A DNA stretch of 64,000 nt from Candidatus Nomurabacteria bacterium. GTDB lineage: Bacteria; Patescibacteriota; Saccharimonadia; Saccharimonadales; VXPC01. The notes beneath the pieces were generated by a model. It saw nothing but the letters and a program-made list of their open reading frames with translations. It ran no database searches and was not told where the DNA came from. Made by a program: the position numbers and the translations under genes. Positions 1 to 11,561 of this stretch are shown here, piece by piece (within the stretch, counting starts at the first letter, position 1; each line of letters starts with the position of its first letter). The stretch lies in contig JACKGQ010000001.1 in assembly GCA_020631905.1 (NCBI GenBank), forward strand, positions 549,854 to 613,853. Direction: 5' to 3'.

Positions 1-343
1 AACCGATTAAGGAGTCGAACGTATCTGTTAGGGCGGTCAAATTAAGCACATCGACTGCAGCCCCAACAAAGATTAGTAAAATCGACCAACGCACAAAAAA
101 AGCGGCTATCCCGCTTAAACTTATTATGCTTACCCCTAGTTTTTTCATGGCCATTTTTGTTAGTTTGTGTGTTTCTACGTAATTTACTAGTTTGTCGATG
201 ACCGTGCTGACTGCTTTGGCGACTACCAGCCCCACCAGTAACAGTAGCAGGGCTACTAATAATTTCGGCAGAAAATCAATCGCTTGATCCGCCAAGTCGT
301 AAAACGACTCTCGTATCGTACTCACGAAATTCACATCGTTCAT
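1..343 (-). CDS. Membrane protein, partial (3' end runs off the window start); TM-helix-rich, small mechanosensitive-channel-associated type N-terminus
   Basis: Not in the ORF track because there is no stop in the window. ATG at 343-341 is preceded by an AAGGAGGTGA-type SD (345-355, minus sense). Hand translation MNDVNFVSTIRESFYDLADQAIDFLPKLLVALLLLLVGLVVAKAVSTVIDKLVNY... stays open to position 1 and contains hydrophobic helices. Confidence 0.5.
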   Translation of the reverse strand, partial: MNDVNFVSTIRESFYDLADQAIDFLPKLLVALLLLLVGLVVAKAVSTVIDKLVNYVETHKLTKMAMKKLGVSIISLSGIAAFFVRWSILLIFVGAAVDVLNLTALTDTFDSLIG

Positions 344-447
344 ACTCACCTCCTTTTTGTAATATCAATAATAGCATATAAACTTTTATGCTTAGCAACT
401 ACCAATTGTTATAGATTCTATAACTGTGCAAAAATGGCTTACAGACT

Positions 448-476
448 TTGGTGGTTACAGTGGTCGGTGCTATACT
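448..476 (+). promoter_or_regulatory. Putative sigma70-type promoter for xfp-ackA
   Basis: TTGGTG (448-453), 17-nt spacer, TATACT (471-476), about 30 nt upstream of the xfp TTG start. Confidence 0.35.
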
Positions 477-505
477 AAATTTAATAATTAAGAAGGTGGG
501 AATCA

Positions 506-2863
506 TTGAGCACTATTAATCAAGAAACTCTAAATCGTCTAGATGGCTATTGGCGAGCAGCAAATTATCTAGCAGTCGGCCAGATATATTTACGCGACAA
601 TCCCCTACTTCGCCAGCCATTGCTAGCGGAGCATGTCAAGCAAGTATTGCTCGGGCATTGGGGTACAACCCCAGGCCAAAACTTTATCTACACGCACCTT
701 AACCGGATAATCAATGATCGCGATCTCGATATCTTGTATATTTCGGGGCCTGGTCATGGTGGACCTGCGCTTGTAGGCAATACGTACCTAGAGGGTACTT
801 TTAGCGAGAACTACCCAGAAGTTAGCCAAGATGAGGCTGGTATGCGACAGTTATTTAAGATGTTTTCGTTTCCAGGCGGGCTACCAAGCCATGTGTCGCC
901 GCATATTCCTGGGTCGATGCACGAAGGTGGCGAGCTAGGTTATTCGCTAAGTCACGCTTATGGGGCTGTTCTTGATAATCCAGACCTGGTAGTTGCCTGT
1001 GTTGTTGGTGACGGCGAAGCCGAGACAGGCCCGCTAGCTACATCTTGGCACTCAAACAAATTTATCAACCCAGTTACCGACGGAGCCGTTCTACCGATTT
1101 TGCATCTGAATGGCTACAAGATTAGCAACCCTACCCTACTAGCTAGAATCGAACACGATGAACTCGAGGAACTTTTGCGAGGCTATGGCTATACGCCACT
1201 GTTCGTGGAAGGCGATGATCCGATGGCGATGCATCAACTAATGGCTAGCCAGCTCGATCGAGCTTTCGATATGATTGCCGAGGCTCAGAATAACGCTCGT
1301 GAACATAACGACACGACTCGTCCGCGTTGGCCAATGATTGTACTTAATTCACCAAAAGGTTGGACTGGCCCAAAGATAGTCGATGGCCAACATATCGAGG
1401 GGAACTTCTTGTCGCACCAAGTGCCAATCTTGGTCGATCAAGATCACCCTCATAATCTCAAACTACTGGAAGACTGGCTGCGGAGTTATCGCCCAGAGGA
1501 ACTGTTTGATGCAGATGGTAAGTTGATTGCCGACTTGCAGTCTATGGCTCCTGTTGGCGTAAAGCGGATGGGTGCCAACAAGCATAGCAACGGCGGCAGC
1601 CTACTGCGGGAATTGCATATGCCAGATTTTAGAAATTATGCCGTCAGCGTAGAATCTCCTGGGTCTACAATCACTAGCAACACACATATTACCGGCAACT
1701 TCTTGCGTGATATTATCGATCTAAACCGCGCTCAGCGTAATTTTCGGCTATTTGGCCCCGACGAGACGATATCTAATAAGCTTAACCCCGTGTTTGAGGT
1801 GACTAATCGTCAATGGGATGCGCGTATCTACCCGACCGACGACTTTTTATCGAATGATGGCTTTGTACTCGACTCGATGTTAAGTGAGCATCAGGTCCAG
1901 GGTTGGCTAGAAGGTTATCTACTCACAGGCCGACACGGCTTACTCCATAGCTACGAAGCGTTCATACGAATTGTCGACTCGATGGTTAATCAACATGCTA
2001 AGTGGATGAAAATGTCATCCGAAATATCTTGGCGCGATCCAATCGCTTCGCTTAACTATCTGCTAACATCGCATGTTTGGCGCCAAGATCATAATGGTTT
2101 TACTCATCAGGATCCTGGGTTTATAGATCACATTGTTAACAAAAAGGCCTCGATGGCTCGAGTTTACTTGCCGCCAGACGCGAACTGCCTACTGTCGGTT
2201 ACCGATCATTGTTTACGCAGCCGTAACTACATAAATCTGATTATTTGCGATAAGCATGATAGTCGTCAATGGCTGTCAATCGAAAGTGCCATTACCCATT
2301 GTACTGCAGGAGTTGGTAAATGGGATTGGGCTTCCAATGATCTTACGGGTGAGCCAGACATTGTTTTAGTGAGTGCAGGTGACATACCAGCGCTAGAAAC
2401 TTTAGCAGCTGTATCGATTTTGCGTGAGCGCCTACCTCAGCTAAAAGTTCGCTATATAAATGTGGTCGACCTTATGCGGCTCCAAGACGACAAAGACCAC
2501 CCACATGGGCTTAGTCAGATGGAATATGATGAGCTGTTCACAAAAGATAGGCCAATCATATTCGCTTTCCACGGCTACCCTTGGCTTATTCACCGGCTAA
2601 CCTACAAACGCACTAACCAGAACCTACATGTACGTGGCTATGTAGAAGAAGGCACGATTACAACCGCTTTTGACATGACAGTTTTAAATCGAATGGATCG
2701 CTTTAATCTGGTGATAGATATATTGCAGCGAGCACCCGATCAGGGCGAAGCCGGTCTCATCCTAAAAGCCGACATGGAAAAGAAACTGGTCGAACACCGT
2801 AACTATATTTATGAATACGGGATCGACATGCCCGAAGTCGAAAACTGGCAATGGACAAGTTAA
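506..2863 (+). CDS. xfp: Xylulose-5-phosphate/fructose-6-phosphate phosphoketolase
   Basis: 785 aa. N-terminus ...[32 protein letters not shown] and EGGELGYS motifs are hallmarks of XFP phosphoketolases. TTG start with GAAGGTGG SD upstream. Confidence 0.95.
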   Translation: MSTINQETLNRLDGYWRAANYLAVGQIYLRDNPLLRQPLLAEHVKQVLLGHWGTTPGQNFIYTHLNRIINDRDLDILYISGPGHGGPALVGNTYLEGTFSENYPEVSQDEAGMRQLFKMFSFPGGLPSHVSPHIPGSMHEGGELGYSLSHAYGAVLDNPDLVVACVVGDGEAETGPLATSWHSNKFINPVTDGAVLPILHLNGYKISNPTLLARIEHDELEELLRGYGYTPLFVEGDDPMAMHQLMASQLDRAFDMIAEAQNNAREHNDTTRPRWPMIVLNSPKGWTGPKIVDGQHIEGNFLSHQVPILVDQDHPHNLKLLEDWLRSYRPEELFDADGKLIADLQSMAPVGVKRMGANKHSNGGSLLRELHMPDFRNYAVSVESPGSTITSNTHITGNFLRDIIDLNRAQRNFRLFGPDETISNKLNPVFEVTNRQWDARIYPTDDFLSNDGFVLDSMLSEHQVQGWLEGYLLTGRHGLLHSYEAFIRIVDSMVNQHAKWMKMSSEISWRDPIASLNYLLTSHVWRQDHNGFTHQDPGFIDHIVNKKASMARVYLPPDANCLLSVTDHCLRSRNYINLIICDKHDSRQWLSIESAITHCTAGVGKWDWASNDLTGEPDIVLVSAGDIPALETLAAVSILRERLPQLKVRYINVVDLMRLQDDKDHPHGLSQMEYDELFTKDRPIIFAFHGYPWLIHRLTYKRTNQNLHVRGYVEEGTITTAFDMTVLNRMDRFNLVIDILQRAPDQGEAGLILKADMEKKLVEHRNYIYEYGIDMPEVENWQWTS

Positions 2864-4032
2864 TTTTAGCCATAAACCCTGGCTCAACGTCTTACAAATA
2901 TAGCTTTGGTTTGCCCGATCAAAACCTACTGCAATTACATTACGAAAGCCTTACCGACGGTAGCTATGTATGTACGACAAGAACACCGAGTGGGCAGACA
3001 GAACAATCAATCGATGCCGAAATATTTTCGAATAGCTTGAAGGATTGCCTAGACAGAGCCAAGCAGGCAGAAATTCCTCTTGATAACTTGGTAGTTGGTC
3101 TGAGATTGGTTGCCCCGGGGAGTTACTTTGCTCAGAATAAACTTATCGACTCAGAGTTTGAGCTGCAGCTCAAACAAAAAACAGATATGGCGCCACTACA
3201 CATAACGGCGGCTCGGCATATGATAACTGACCTACGCCAGATACTTCCTGATACACCAATATACGCGGTTAGTGACAGTGCCATACACGCTAACTTACCG
3301 GCTGTTGCCCGTAGTTACGCCATCAACGCCCAAGATGCTGCCAATCAAGACATTTTTCGGTTTGGGTATCATGGTATTTCGGTTGGTTCGGCCTTACGTA
3401 AGCTGCAGGCGATCACCACAACTGCGCCTGAAAAAGTGATAGTTTGTCACCTTGGTGGAGGTTCGAGTGTTACGGCTATTAGGAATAATCAGAGCATTGA
3501 TACGAGCATGGGTTTCTCGCCTCTTGAAGGCTTACCGATGACCACTCGAAGCGGTACGATTGATATCGGAGCGGCGCTTTACCTAGCTAAACGTAAGTAT
3601 CTGACAGACGAACAGTTACTCGAATACCTCAATAAGCAGTCTGGCTTACTTGGCATAAGCGGAACTAGTGATGATATTAGAACTTTAATCGATCAAGCAG
3701 CTGCTGGTCAACAATCGGCTCAAGCTGCGCTTGACTATTTTGTTTATCATATAAAACACTACATAGGAGCTTATGTTGGACTTCTGAATGGATTAGACAC
3801 GTTGGTGTTTACAGGTACGGTTGGTTATCGATCGGCGGTTATCCGCAACATGGTATGTAACCAACTCGATTATCTGGGCATTTCTCTCGACGAGCAAAAG
3901 AACAATAGTTTGAGCTCCGATGGCTACATCAACACACATGGCAAGTTAGGCGTAGCGGTGATTAAGACCGACGAGCAATCAGAAATAATTCTTAAGGTTC
4001 ATGAACTTTTGTCTAGAATGGGAGCAAATTAG
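2851..4032 (+). CDS. ackA: Acetate kinase
   Basis: 393 aa. N-terminal [13 protein letters not shown] acetate/propionate kinase signature. Overlaps the xfp stop by 13 nt, giving a phosphoketolase-acetate kinase operon. Confidence 0.9.
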   Translation: MDKLILAINPGSTSYKYSFGLPDQNLLQLHYESLTDGSYVCTTRTPSGQTEQSIDAEIFSNSLKDCLDRAKQAEIPLDNLVVGLRLVAPGSYFAQNKLIDSEFELQLKQKTDMAPLHITAARHMITDLRQILPDTPIYAVSDSAIHANLPAVARSYAINAQDAANQDIFRFGYHGISVGSALRKLQAITTTAPEKVIVCHLGGGSSVTAIRNNQSIDTSMGFSPLEGLPMTTRSGTIDIGAALYLAKRKYLTDEQLLEYLNKQSGLLGISGTSDDIRTLIDQAAAGQQSAQAALDYFVYHIKHYIGAYVGLLNGLDTLVFTGTVGYRSAVIRNMVCNQLDYLGISLDEQKNNSLSSDGYINTHGKLGVAVIKTDEQSEIILKVHELLSRMGAN

Positions 4033-4104
4033 ACACGCAGATCAATCTGCCATTGTGTTATTGCTTGGAGTTGTTTATGCTTAAAAAACAAAGGGAGAGT
4101 AATT

Positions 4105-4587
4105 ATGAAAGAAACGTTTAGAAAGTTTTCGGCCCGTATTGCCGCAGCAGTTGGCTCACCTTTAGCGTTTTTGACTGCCCTAATTGTAGTGGTTATCTGG
4201 GCTTCGACTGGCTCGTTCTTTAATTATTCTGACACCTGGCAACTTGTGATTAATACCGGCACAACGATAATCACCTTCTTAATGGTTTTCGTGATTCAGA
4301 ATACCCAAAATCGAGAAGGTAAAGCTATGCAACTCAAACTGGACGAACTGATTCGATCGCAGAAAGGTGCGCGCCATGCCTTTGTTGAGCTAGAAGACCT
4401 AAAAGACGAAGAACTAGCAGCTCTGGGTGAGGAGTTCAAACACATTCACACCCGTTATTCATCTAAGCTAACCAGCTTGTTGCAAGAGCAAATACAGGCC
4501 GAGAAAGAGCGTCGACATCACCGTTCTTTATTAGATAATTTTGGCGACGCAATCAACCGCGCAACTCACCCAGGTAAAAAAGATTAA
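4105..4587 (+). CDS. Low-affinity iron permease family membrane protein
   Basis: 160 aa. Two TM helices followed by NTQNREGKAMQLKLDELIR, typical of the Fet4-like low-affinity iron permease family. GGGAGAG SD upstream. Confidence 0.6.
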   Translation: MKETFRKFSARIAAAVGSPLAFLTALIVVVIWASTGSFFNYSDTWQLVINTGTTIITFLMVFVIQNTQNREGKAMQLKLDELIRSQKGARHAFVELEDLKDEELAALGEEFKHIHTRYSSKLTSLLQEQIQAEKERRHHRSLLDNFGDAINRATHPGKKD

Positions 4588-5001
4588 CTATTTGACTAGT
4601 TCGGCGCCGAGGTTTTGAATATCGCTTAGCCCACCTAAGTCGGTAATGTTAGTAAAGCCGGCTTGCTTTAATAGCGATGCAGCTTGAGCCGAACGATTGC
4701 CGCTCCGACAATACACATATATCTTCGTATTCTTGTCGATGTTTGGTAGCTGCCCAGCTTGCATTAATTGTAGGTCAAAATTGACCGCATCTGCAGCGTG
4801 GCCTTCAGCAAACTCCGCGGCAGTTCGGACATCATATAAGACAGCTTGATCCATTTTTACCTCCTCGGAAATTTGACTGTAGCTAAGTTTATCGACTGAG
4901 TCTGTTTGGGGATTCTCGGTCTCTTTTGTGCTAGAGTTGTAAATTACCGAGGCCACCACTAACAGAATTAAACCACCAAAAATATACATGATTACTTTCA
5001 T
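4588..5001 (-). CDS. Membrane-anchored rhodanese-domain sulfurtransferase
   Basis: 137 aa. N-terminal hydrophobic anchor and a rhodanese active-site loop YCRSGNRS. Confidence 0.75.
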   Translation of the reverse strand: MKVIMYIFGGLILLVVASVIYNSSTKETENPQTDSVDKLSYSQISEEVKMDQAVLYDVRTAAEFAEGHAADAVNFDLQLMQAGQLPNIDKNTKIYVYCRSGNRSAQAASLLKQAGFTNITDLGGLSDIQNLGAELVK

Positions 5002-5111
5002 GAGTCTAGTTTAACACGCGCTTAATGTTGGTGGTAGTGACTGAAATCAAGATTTTGCTACATGACATGTCCAAGACTCGAAATGCGTTGCCCAACGATT
5101 TGCTGATATAA

Positions 5112-5624
5112 TTGCAAATTATGGCAAACTATCGAGGGCATGCTGCTGGTGGAGTTATGGCCGGTGGTCTAGTTTTGGCTGGGCACTATTTATCGACTTT
5201 TAAGGCAGTACCTGACGGTGGTGTTATAGTTGACGATTGGCAACTAATAATCGGTGTAATTGTGTTGGCAGTATTGTTTGGTCTTTGGCCCGATGTAGAT
5301 ACCAATTCGAAAGCCCAAGATTTGTTTGTTGGTATAGCCTTTATTGTTGATTTATTGTTGATTGCCAGTGCTCAGTATGTCGCTGCTTCACTACTGGGGC
5401 TGCTTGCGATGACACCGATTATCGGTCACCATCGTGGCTGGACTCACTCTAAGTTAGCTGTATTCATCGTACCGTTACCAATTATGATAATCCCCTATTT
5501 GGCTACCAATCAGGTTGGCGATACAGCAATACTGCTTTATATTGCTTCTGTTGCTGGCTACATGAGCCACTTACTCTTAGACGGCTTAATATTTAAATGG
5601 TTCCGAATAAAGGGTGGCTGGTAG
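5112..5624 (+). CDS. YdjM/DUF457-type membrane-bound metal-dependent hydrolase
   Basis: 170 aa polytopic protein with the HHRGWTHS motif typical of DUF457. The start could be TTG 5112 or ATG 5121. Confidence 0.5.
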   Translation: MQIMANYRGHAAGGVMAGGLVLAGHYLSTFKAVPDGGVIVDDWQLIIGVIVLAVLFGLWPDVDTNSKAQDLFVGIAFIVDLLLIASAQYVAASLLGLLAMTPIIGHHRGWTHSKLAVFIVPLPIMIIPYLATNQVGDTAILLYIASVAGYMSHLLLDGLIFKWFRIKGGW

Positions 5625-5661
5625 AAATCCTAAGCTCGCTAGCGAGATTATTTAAGAAAAA

Positions 5662-5691
5662 TTTACATGTTTTCGAAAAATGTTGTATAAT
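5662..5691 (+). promoter_or_regulatory. Putative promoter for typA
   Basis: TTTACA (5662-5667), 18-nt spacer, TATAAT (5686-5691). The -10 box overlaps the TTG proposed by the ORF track, so the ATG at 5706 is the likelier start, with a very short leader. Confidence 0.5.
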
Positions 5692-5705
5692 TGACCTCTG
5701 TATTT

Positions 5706-7526
5706 ATGGAAAGCACAATTCGAAACATTGCGATTATCGCACACGTCGACCATGGTAAGACTACACTTGTCGATGGCTTGTTAAAGCAATCGAATACTTT
5801 TCGCGACAATCAAGCCGAAATGAGCCAAGAGCTGATTATGGACAGTGGCGACCAAGAAAAAGAGCGCGGGATTACAATCACGGCCAAAATAACTGCTGTC
5901 GATTGGCAAGGACATCGAATTAACATCATTGACACTCCAGGGCACGCTGATTTTTCTGGCGAGGTTGAGCGGACGCTTCGGATGGCCGATGGTGTAATTT
6001 TGGTCGTCGACGCTCAGGAAGGTCCGATGCCTCAGACAAAATTTGTGCTTAGCAAAGCACTACAGCTCGAACTCAAGCCAATCGTTGTTATCAATAAAAT
6101 CGATAAACCCGCCCGTCGCATAAAAGAAGTCGAAGACGAGCTTGCCGATCTATTCTTAGAGTTAGCGGTGCACGAAGATCAACTCCACTACCCTGTTTTT
6201 TATGCAGTTGGCCGGACAGCCAAAGCCTGGTTGCAAGTTCCAACAGACCCCGAATCAGAAGCCGATCTAGGTGTGATATTTCATGCGATAGTCGATCATG
6301 TGCCAGCTCCGCAAGTGTCTGCTCAAGGCTCGTTACAACTCTTGGTATCGTCACTCCGCTCAGACAATTATAATGGTAAGTATGCTGTTGGCCGTGTTGA
6401 ACGTGGTCAAGTTAAGCGAGGCCAAACTGTTAGTTTGTGTCATGACGACAAAGTTACACCTGCAAAAATTGATCGAGTCTTCCGTTCGGTGGGGATTACT
6501 AATATCGAAATCGAGTCTGCCGAAGCTGGTGATATTGTGGCAGTAACTGGTGTGGCTGCCGCGAAAATTGGCGATACAATTGCCGATGCGGCTAACCCAG
6601 AAGCACTGCCACCAATTGAGGTCGAGTCGCCAACTCTGCAAGTTTACCTCGGGCCAAACACGAGTCCGCTCAAAGGTAAAGAAGGTCAGTTCACGACTAG
6701 TCGGCAAATTGGGGATCGTTTGCAAGCCGAGCTCGAGACCAATGTCGGCCTGAGGGTCGAAGATAATGGCATCGGCTTTCTAGTGGCTGGCCGTGGTGAG
6801 CTGCATTTAAGTGTGCTCATCGAAACCATGCGCCGCGAAGGCTACGAGTTTGAAGTTGGACGGCCTCAAGTTGTGACACATGTCGAAAACGGTGTCGAGG
6901 TTGAACCGATCGAAGAAGTGATTATCGAGGTTCCACTCGAGCATGTTGGAGCTGTCCAAATGGAACTTGGCAAACGCAAAGCACAGTTGATCGATCAGTT
7001 TAATAATCAAAGTGGTGTTAGTAAGTTGGTCTATAAACTACCGACGCGAAATTTACTTGGTGCGCGCAATATCTTGCTTACGGCCACCAAAGGCACGCTA
7101 ATTATGAATAGCCTTCTAGATGGTTTTGCGCCCCTTGGCGCCGCGATTAATCAAATTCGGAATGGTGTTTTGGTGGCCTGGGAGGCCGGTACTAGCACTC
7201 CTTACGCCCTGCAAAATGCCGAAGACCGCGGCGAGCTGTTTGTCGGTCCGGCTGAGATTATCTACGCTGGCCAGATTGTTGGCCTCCATGTCCGCAGTGG
7301 AGATTTAGAGGTTAATGTATGTAAAGAAAAACACCTAACTAATATGCGGAGCAAGAGTTCCGACGGTGTAGTTCAGCTCACACCCCATACAAAGATGAGC
7401 CTCGAGGAATCACTCGATTTTATCGAAAACGACGAATTACTCGAAGTTACTCCAAAAAGTTTGCGCTTGCGCAAACGCGAGCTCGATCACAATGCTCGCA
7501 AGCGCGCCGCTAAACATGCTTCATAA
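5706..7526 (+). CDS. typA: Translational GTPase TypA/BipA
   Basis: GTPase motifs [17 protein letters not shown] and NKID, with a BipA-like domain order over about 600 aa. Start trimmed from 5691 to ATG 5706 (see promoter). Confidence 0.93.
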   Translation: MESTIRNIAIIAHVDHGKTTLVDGLLKQSNTFRDNQAEMSQELIMDSGDQEKERGITITAKITAVDWQGHRINIIDTPGHADFSGEVERTLRMADGVILVVDAQEGPMPQTKFVLSKALQLELKPIVVINKIDKPARRIKEVEDELADLFLELAVHEDQLHYPVFYAVGRTAKAWLQVPTDPESEADLGVIFHAIVDHVPAPQVSAQGSLQLLVSSLRSDNYNGKYAVGRVERGQVKRGQTVSLCHDDKVTPAKIDRVFRSVGITNIEIESAEAGDIVAVTGVAAAKIGDTIADAANPEALPPIEVESPTLQVYLGPNTSPLKGKEGQFTTSRQIGDRLQAELETNVGLRVEDNGIGFLVAGRGELHLSVLIETMRREGYEFEVGRPQVVTHVENGVEVEPIEEVIIEVPLEHVGAVQMELGKRKAQLIDQFNNQSGVSKLVYKLPTRNLLGARNILLTATKGTLIMNSLLDGFAPLGAAINQIRNGVLVAWEAGTSTPYALQNAEDRGELFVGPAEIIYAGQIVGLHVRSGDLEVNVCKEKHLTNMRSKSSDGVVQLTPHTKMSLEESLDFIENDELLEVTPKSLRLRKRELDHNARKRAAKHAS

Positions 7527-7553
7527 CAGGGGCGATATTATCACTATAACGAT

Positions 7554-9005
7554 TTAGGTATTCACAAAGCGGTTGTTTGTAATGTATTCGGCTACTTCTT
7601 CGATGCTTTGGAGCATAACAAATCTGCCTGCGGCTCCGGATAAGCTCTCTATATCTAGTGCGCGTCGATCGGTTCTTTCTGGTATATAGCCCAGTGCAGA
7701 TTTCATGGTTTCTTCGAACTTCATTGGGTCGGCGGTAGCTAAGCAAACCATCTTAACGCCATCGTTCTGTTCAGACAGGCATCTAGCTACAGTTACAGCG
7801 TCGGCAGTGTGTGGGTCGATCAAAAAGCCGCCTGTCTCGGCATGAACTGCACGAATTGTCGCGAGTCGGTCATCGGAGGTCGACATGGCAGCCCTAAAAC
7901 CAAGTCTTAGTAAAGCATCGGCAGCAATGCCATGCTCAGTAAACTCGAGCCTATTACCCGGCCTAACTTGGTCCATGTAAGTTTTTGTACTAGCAGGGTT
8001 TCTGTCGAATAAGTCATAGACTAGACGTTCAAAATTCGACGACACCACGATATCCATCGACGGACTAGTGGTTTGCAACGATTCTTTAGGAATATCGTAG
8101 ACACCGTTGTGCACGAGGTCTACTAAGACGTTGTTCTCGTTGGTAGCGATTACTAAGTTGCGGATTGGAATACCAATTTGCCGTGCGTAATAACCAGCGA
8201 GCACGTTACCAAAATTACCCGTAGGTACAACAAAGTCGACTGGGTCGCCGAGCCGACCACCATCGCGCACTGCCTGGAAATAGCCAGATGCATAGTAAGT
8301 AATTTGAGCTAAAATTCTAGCCCAGTTAATTGAATTTAGCGCCCCAAGATCTTCGAAACCTTCACGCTGTTTGAGTTGTTTAACAATTTCTTGGCAACCA
8401 TCAAAATCGAAAGGCAGTTGAATATGGTGTACGTTGGAGTTTGGGTAACTCTGGATTCGCATCTGGGCTTGCTGAAAGCGTGAGCCTCTATCTCGAGGAC
8501 TCAACATAAAAAGTGATAAGTATTCTCGACTTGCTAGGACAGCATCGCCCGCGGCCGAACCGGTATCACCAGAAGTTGCCCCCAAGATATCGAGTTTCTG
8601 GCCACGCAGTGCGAGAACTTTTGCCATCTGGCGGCAAACCACCTGCAAAGCTTGATCTTTAAATGCAAAAGTTGGTCCATCGGATAAGTCTTGGACGTAG
8701 ATATCATCGGCTATCTTTGTAACCGGTGTGATGGTTTCGGTAGTGCCATTTGGGAAGTTTGCTTGTGAATAAGCCTCTCGGACAATCGCAACCTGCTCGG
8801 CCAGGCTGAGGCTAGAGCCAATAAACCTCGAAGTGATGTTCAAAAATAGTTCGTGATATGGCATGGTTGAGTATGCCTGTAGATCGTGAATTACCGGCAC
8901 CTCAGTTGGCAAATACAGACCTTTGTCTGGAGCAAGACCTTGAAGTAATACATCGGCAAAAGACCACTTTTCTTCTTCGATATCGCGTGTACTCACATAT
9001 TCCAT
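7554..9005 (-). CDS. thrC: Threonine synthase (long form)
   Basis: 483 aa. PLP-lysine motif TFAFKD, GATSGDTGSAA, and overall ThrC-like order. Confidence 0.9.
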   Translation of the reverse strand: MEYVSTRDIEEEKWSFADVLLQGLAPDKGLYLPTEVPVIHDLQAYSTMPYHELFLNITSRFIGSSLSLAEQVAIVREAYSQANFPNGTTETITPVTKIADDIYVQDLSDGPTFAFKDQALQVVCRQMAKVLALRGQKLDILGATSGDTGSAAGDAVLASREYLSLFMLSPRDRGSRFQQAQMRIQSYPNSNVHHIQLPFDFDGCQEIVKQLKQREGFEDLGALNSINWARILAQITYYASGYFQAVRDGGRLGDPVDFVVPTGNFGNVLAGYYARQIGIPIRNLVIATNENNVLVDLVHNGVYDIPKESLQTTSPSMDIVVSSNFERLVYDLFDRNPASTKTYMDQVRPGNRLEFTEHGIAADALLRLGFRAAMSTSDDRLATIRAVHAETGGFLIDPHTADAVTVARCLSEQNDGVKMVCLATADPMKFEETMKSALGYIPERTDRRALDIESLSGAAGRFVMLQSIEEVAEYITNNRFVNT

Positions 9006-9149
9006 GCCCTATACCCTACTCCTCTTCTATTCGAACACCAAGTTTAAGCACGAATAAGTTCCTTTATGTGTAGTTGATACTGTAAAGATGCATTAGTTTG
9101 TATGTTAAATATTTGATAAACAAACTTCATTTGATATCTTTAATTATCT

Positions 9150-9941
9150 ATGGCATCGGAAAATTTTGTGCAGCGTCGACTAGCTTACGATAAGTGTCTA
9201 GCCGATTTAGAGTTCGTATTTTCTCATCCAGATTTTAGTGCCCCAGAACACCCCTATGTGCAGGCGTTGCGACTTATGGCCGAATATGCAGTTTTTGGTG
9301 TGATAGATCCGCACAACAGAATGCTCCATGTTCGAGGTCCGATTTATTATGATTCTGTTGTAGTTGCGCCAGTTATGAAAGGCGATCATAAAGGTGGCCC
9401 ACTAACACTTCCTTGGCGACTGACACGTGCCGATTACGCCGACGAAGAAGATGAGTTCGAGTTTGATGCTTTCGAGCATGGAGCATCGGGTGTATGCCAG
9501 GCATTCGAAAATGTTTTGTTGCCGATAATTAGTGTAGCTCCGCATATGGTCAATAGGCACCCGATAGTTGTCGGTTGTACAGTTGCCCATGAGCTCGATC
9601 ACGCCTACTGGTGGTTAAGACGTAAGAGTCGTTTTAAGCAATACGATCCCTATTCCGAGGAAAGTATTGCAGCCCAAGAGGTTTCCGCCAATCGGCTCGA
9701 GCAACAAATTCTTTTTGCACATTTACCAGTTTTATACGATGAAGAATACGGCCGTGTCTCTTTGCTCTATGCGGATAGAGACTTCGAGCGACCCTATAAT
9801 CCGCGTCTACTAGACAAACTCAAGAAAACAGTTCGCGTAGTGGCATTTATTAATTTTATGTTCGACGAGTTAAAAGCAGATATTGGGGTTATGCCTACTG
9901 CAGATCTAATTACTGCCCTAAAGGCACAAGGTTTGATGTAA
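9150..9941 (+). CDS. Hypothetical protein with HExxH motif (possible zinc metallopeptidase)
   Basis: 263-aa ORF whose only recognisable motif is VAHELDHAYWW (HExxH). No other family signature recognised. Confidence 0.4.
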   Translation: MASENFVQRRLAYDKCLADLEFVFSHPDFSAPEHPYVQALRLMAEYAVFGVIDPHNRMLHVRGPIYYDSVVVAPVMKGDHKGGPLTLPWRLTRADYADEEDEFEFDAFEHGASGVCQAFENVLLPIISVAPHMVNRHPIVVGCTVAHELDHAYWWLRRKSRFKQYDPYSEESIAAQEVSANRLEQQILFAHLPVLYDEEYGRVSLLYADRDFERPYNPRLLDKLKKTVRVVAFINFMFDELKADIGVMPTADLITALKAQGLM

Positions 9942-9945
9942 GGCC

Positions 9946-10296
9946 TTAGCCATTCAAGATTTCTTGGCGGCGGTATTCAACCATTTTTTGGATAAGTTTT
10001 AGGGGTAGATCTTGGTCGTGTGGAAATTGGATACTGCCTTTGCCTTGCTTGTATTGGGAAGTGCTCGCTACAAATTGGTGGTGTGAGTTTGGCGTGGCGT
10101 ATACACCAATGTGCTTTGGGTAGGCCGCAAAGTAAACCAGTGGCTTACCGGCTAGCTTATAGGCAGGCATGCCATAGCTCATCGACTCGATTGCCTCAGG
10201 TGAAACTTGCCGAACTAACGTGCGTAGAGCGGCTAATCTAGCCAGTGCTTCACCCGAAAAGTTGGCAAAGTAAGCATCGACAGCTGTTTTTGACAT
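9946..10296 (-). CDS. DUF1801 (YdhG-like) domain protein
   Basis: 116 aa. The pattern ...MSYGMPAYKLAGKPLVYFAAYPKHIGVY... is typical of DUF1801. Confidence 0.65.
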   Translation of the reverse strand: MSKTAVDAYFANFSGEALARLAALRTLVRQVSPEAIESMSYGMPAYKLAGKPLVYFAAYPKHIGVYATPNSHHQFVASTSQYKQGKGSIQFPHDQDLPLKLIQKMVEYRRQEILNG

Positions 10297-10407
10297 ACAT
10301 AAATTCTATCAACTCCCAGAGCTCTAAGACAATTAAGTTTTTAACTTATGCTTGCAATACTACATGTAACTAGTATTAAATAACCATACATTTAATAAGG
10401 GTTTTGT

Positions 10408-11514
10408 ATGTTTATAGACAGTATAAAGCGAGGTGGAGTATGGGTACCTCCTGAAGAGCTAGACACCCCTTTCTCGATTCCTGATCCTGAAACATTCAGA
10501 GATGATCTTACGAGTAAAGATAGATATAGGTTATGTGTGGCTGCCAACGAAGTAGTCAAGGCAGCTTTCACTCACTCACTCTTAGGGGGCGTGACTCCGG
10601 AAATACTTGCCGACCCAAGGGCGGTTGCTGTGTATCGATCTCTAAGCGATGATCTCCAGCCAAAAGAACAAGTTATTCCAACAAAATTACCGATTGCGGC
10701 TGAAGTTGACGGGTTAGTAATCTATGGGGCCGATTACCTACGCCAAATTGAGGGTTATGCTGGTATTAAAATAGAGTTTACAGATGCAGAAGGAGGCCAA
10801 AGAACTGCGCGTGTCCATACAGATTGGGCTATTGTCGACAACGAGCCGATGAGCCATGGAGAATATGATCGTTTGCTTGGGCAAATAGTCACTGAAGTCA
10901 TTGATGATATAGATGACATTAGCTACGAACTGCTTGATTCGGCTGCAAGATTCGCAGCTCTCGGACGTTCAGCCATACAGTCCCGCAACGTTGGAATTGT
11001 CTTAGATGATGGTTACAGCACAGAAGTTATGGTAGATTCTTTTTTTGACCCTAATGCCCCCAAAAGTGAACTGCCAGATAAGTTTATGCACGTTATAGTT
11101 GTCACTAGGCGCGGCCTAGAAGACTCTCGCGAGTTTTATCGGAATTTGCAGATAGATGCCCAGCCCGTTCCGAGCGATGATAGTACGATTACGGAGATTC
11201 TTTATGTATTGCCTGGCTCGATGGTAGCACTCCGAGCTCCGTTAGCTGGCAGAAAAAGTGATTTTGAGTTTGTTGGTAACGATGATCCTGAACTAGTACG
11301 GATAGCCAGATTAATCGATGACCTCAGACAAACTCAAATGATAACCAATCTGCAAGCAATTAACCCGAGACCATTAGTCATCGACAGGCGTGGATCGGGA
11401 ATTGGCATAGACTATAAATTATCGGCTAGTCTAAAGATGCTCGAGAGTCTTGCTGGTAGCGGTGTAAAGATGGTGTCTTTAAGCCCAGAAAAATATGCAA
11501 AAATACTCGGATAG
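10408..11514 (+). CDS. Hypothetical protein (orphan)
   Basis: 368-aa uninterrupted ORF with coding-like, acidic composition. No motif recognised. Confidence 0.45.
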   Translation: MFIDSIKRGGVWVPPEELDTPFSIPDPETFRDDLTSKDRYRLCVAANEVVKAAFTHSLLGGVTPEILADPRAVAVYRSLSDDLQPKEQVIPTKLPIAAEVDGLVIYGADYLRQIEGYAGIKIEFTDAEGGQRTARVHTDWAIVDNEPMSHGEYDRLLGQIVTEVIDDIDDISYELLDSAARFAALGRSAIQSRNVGIVLDDGYSTEVMVDSFFDPNAPKSELPDKFMHVIVVTRRGLEDSREFYRNLQIDAQPVPSDDSTITEILYVLPGSMVALRAPLAGRKSDFEFVGNDDPELVRIARLIDDLRQTQMITNLQAINPRPLVIDRRGSGIGIDYKLSASLKMLESLAGSGVKMVSLSPEKYAKILG

Positions 11515-11561
11515 ATAATCTCCTTATCCAAAATAACTAGTAGTCTCGCCAGCATAACAAA

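Noticed and set aside
284-478. 64-aa plus-strand ORF in the divergent promoter region upstream of xfp
   Set aside because: It overlaps the start and SD of the minus-strand membrane protein gene and the putative xfp promoter. It is AT-rich and has no SD.
5691-5705. TTG start for typA proposed by the ORF track
   Set aside because: The TTG overlaps the last base of a TATAAT -10 box (5686-5691), so it would not be transcribed. The ATG at 5706 is used instead.
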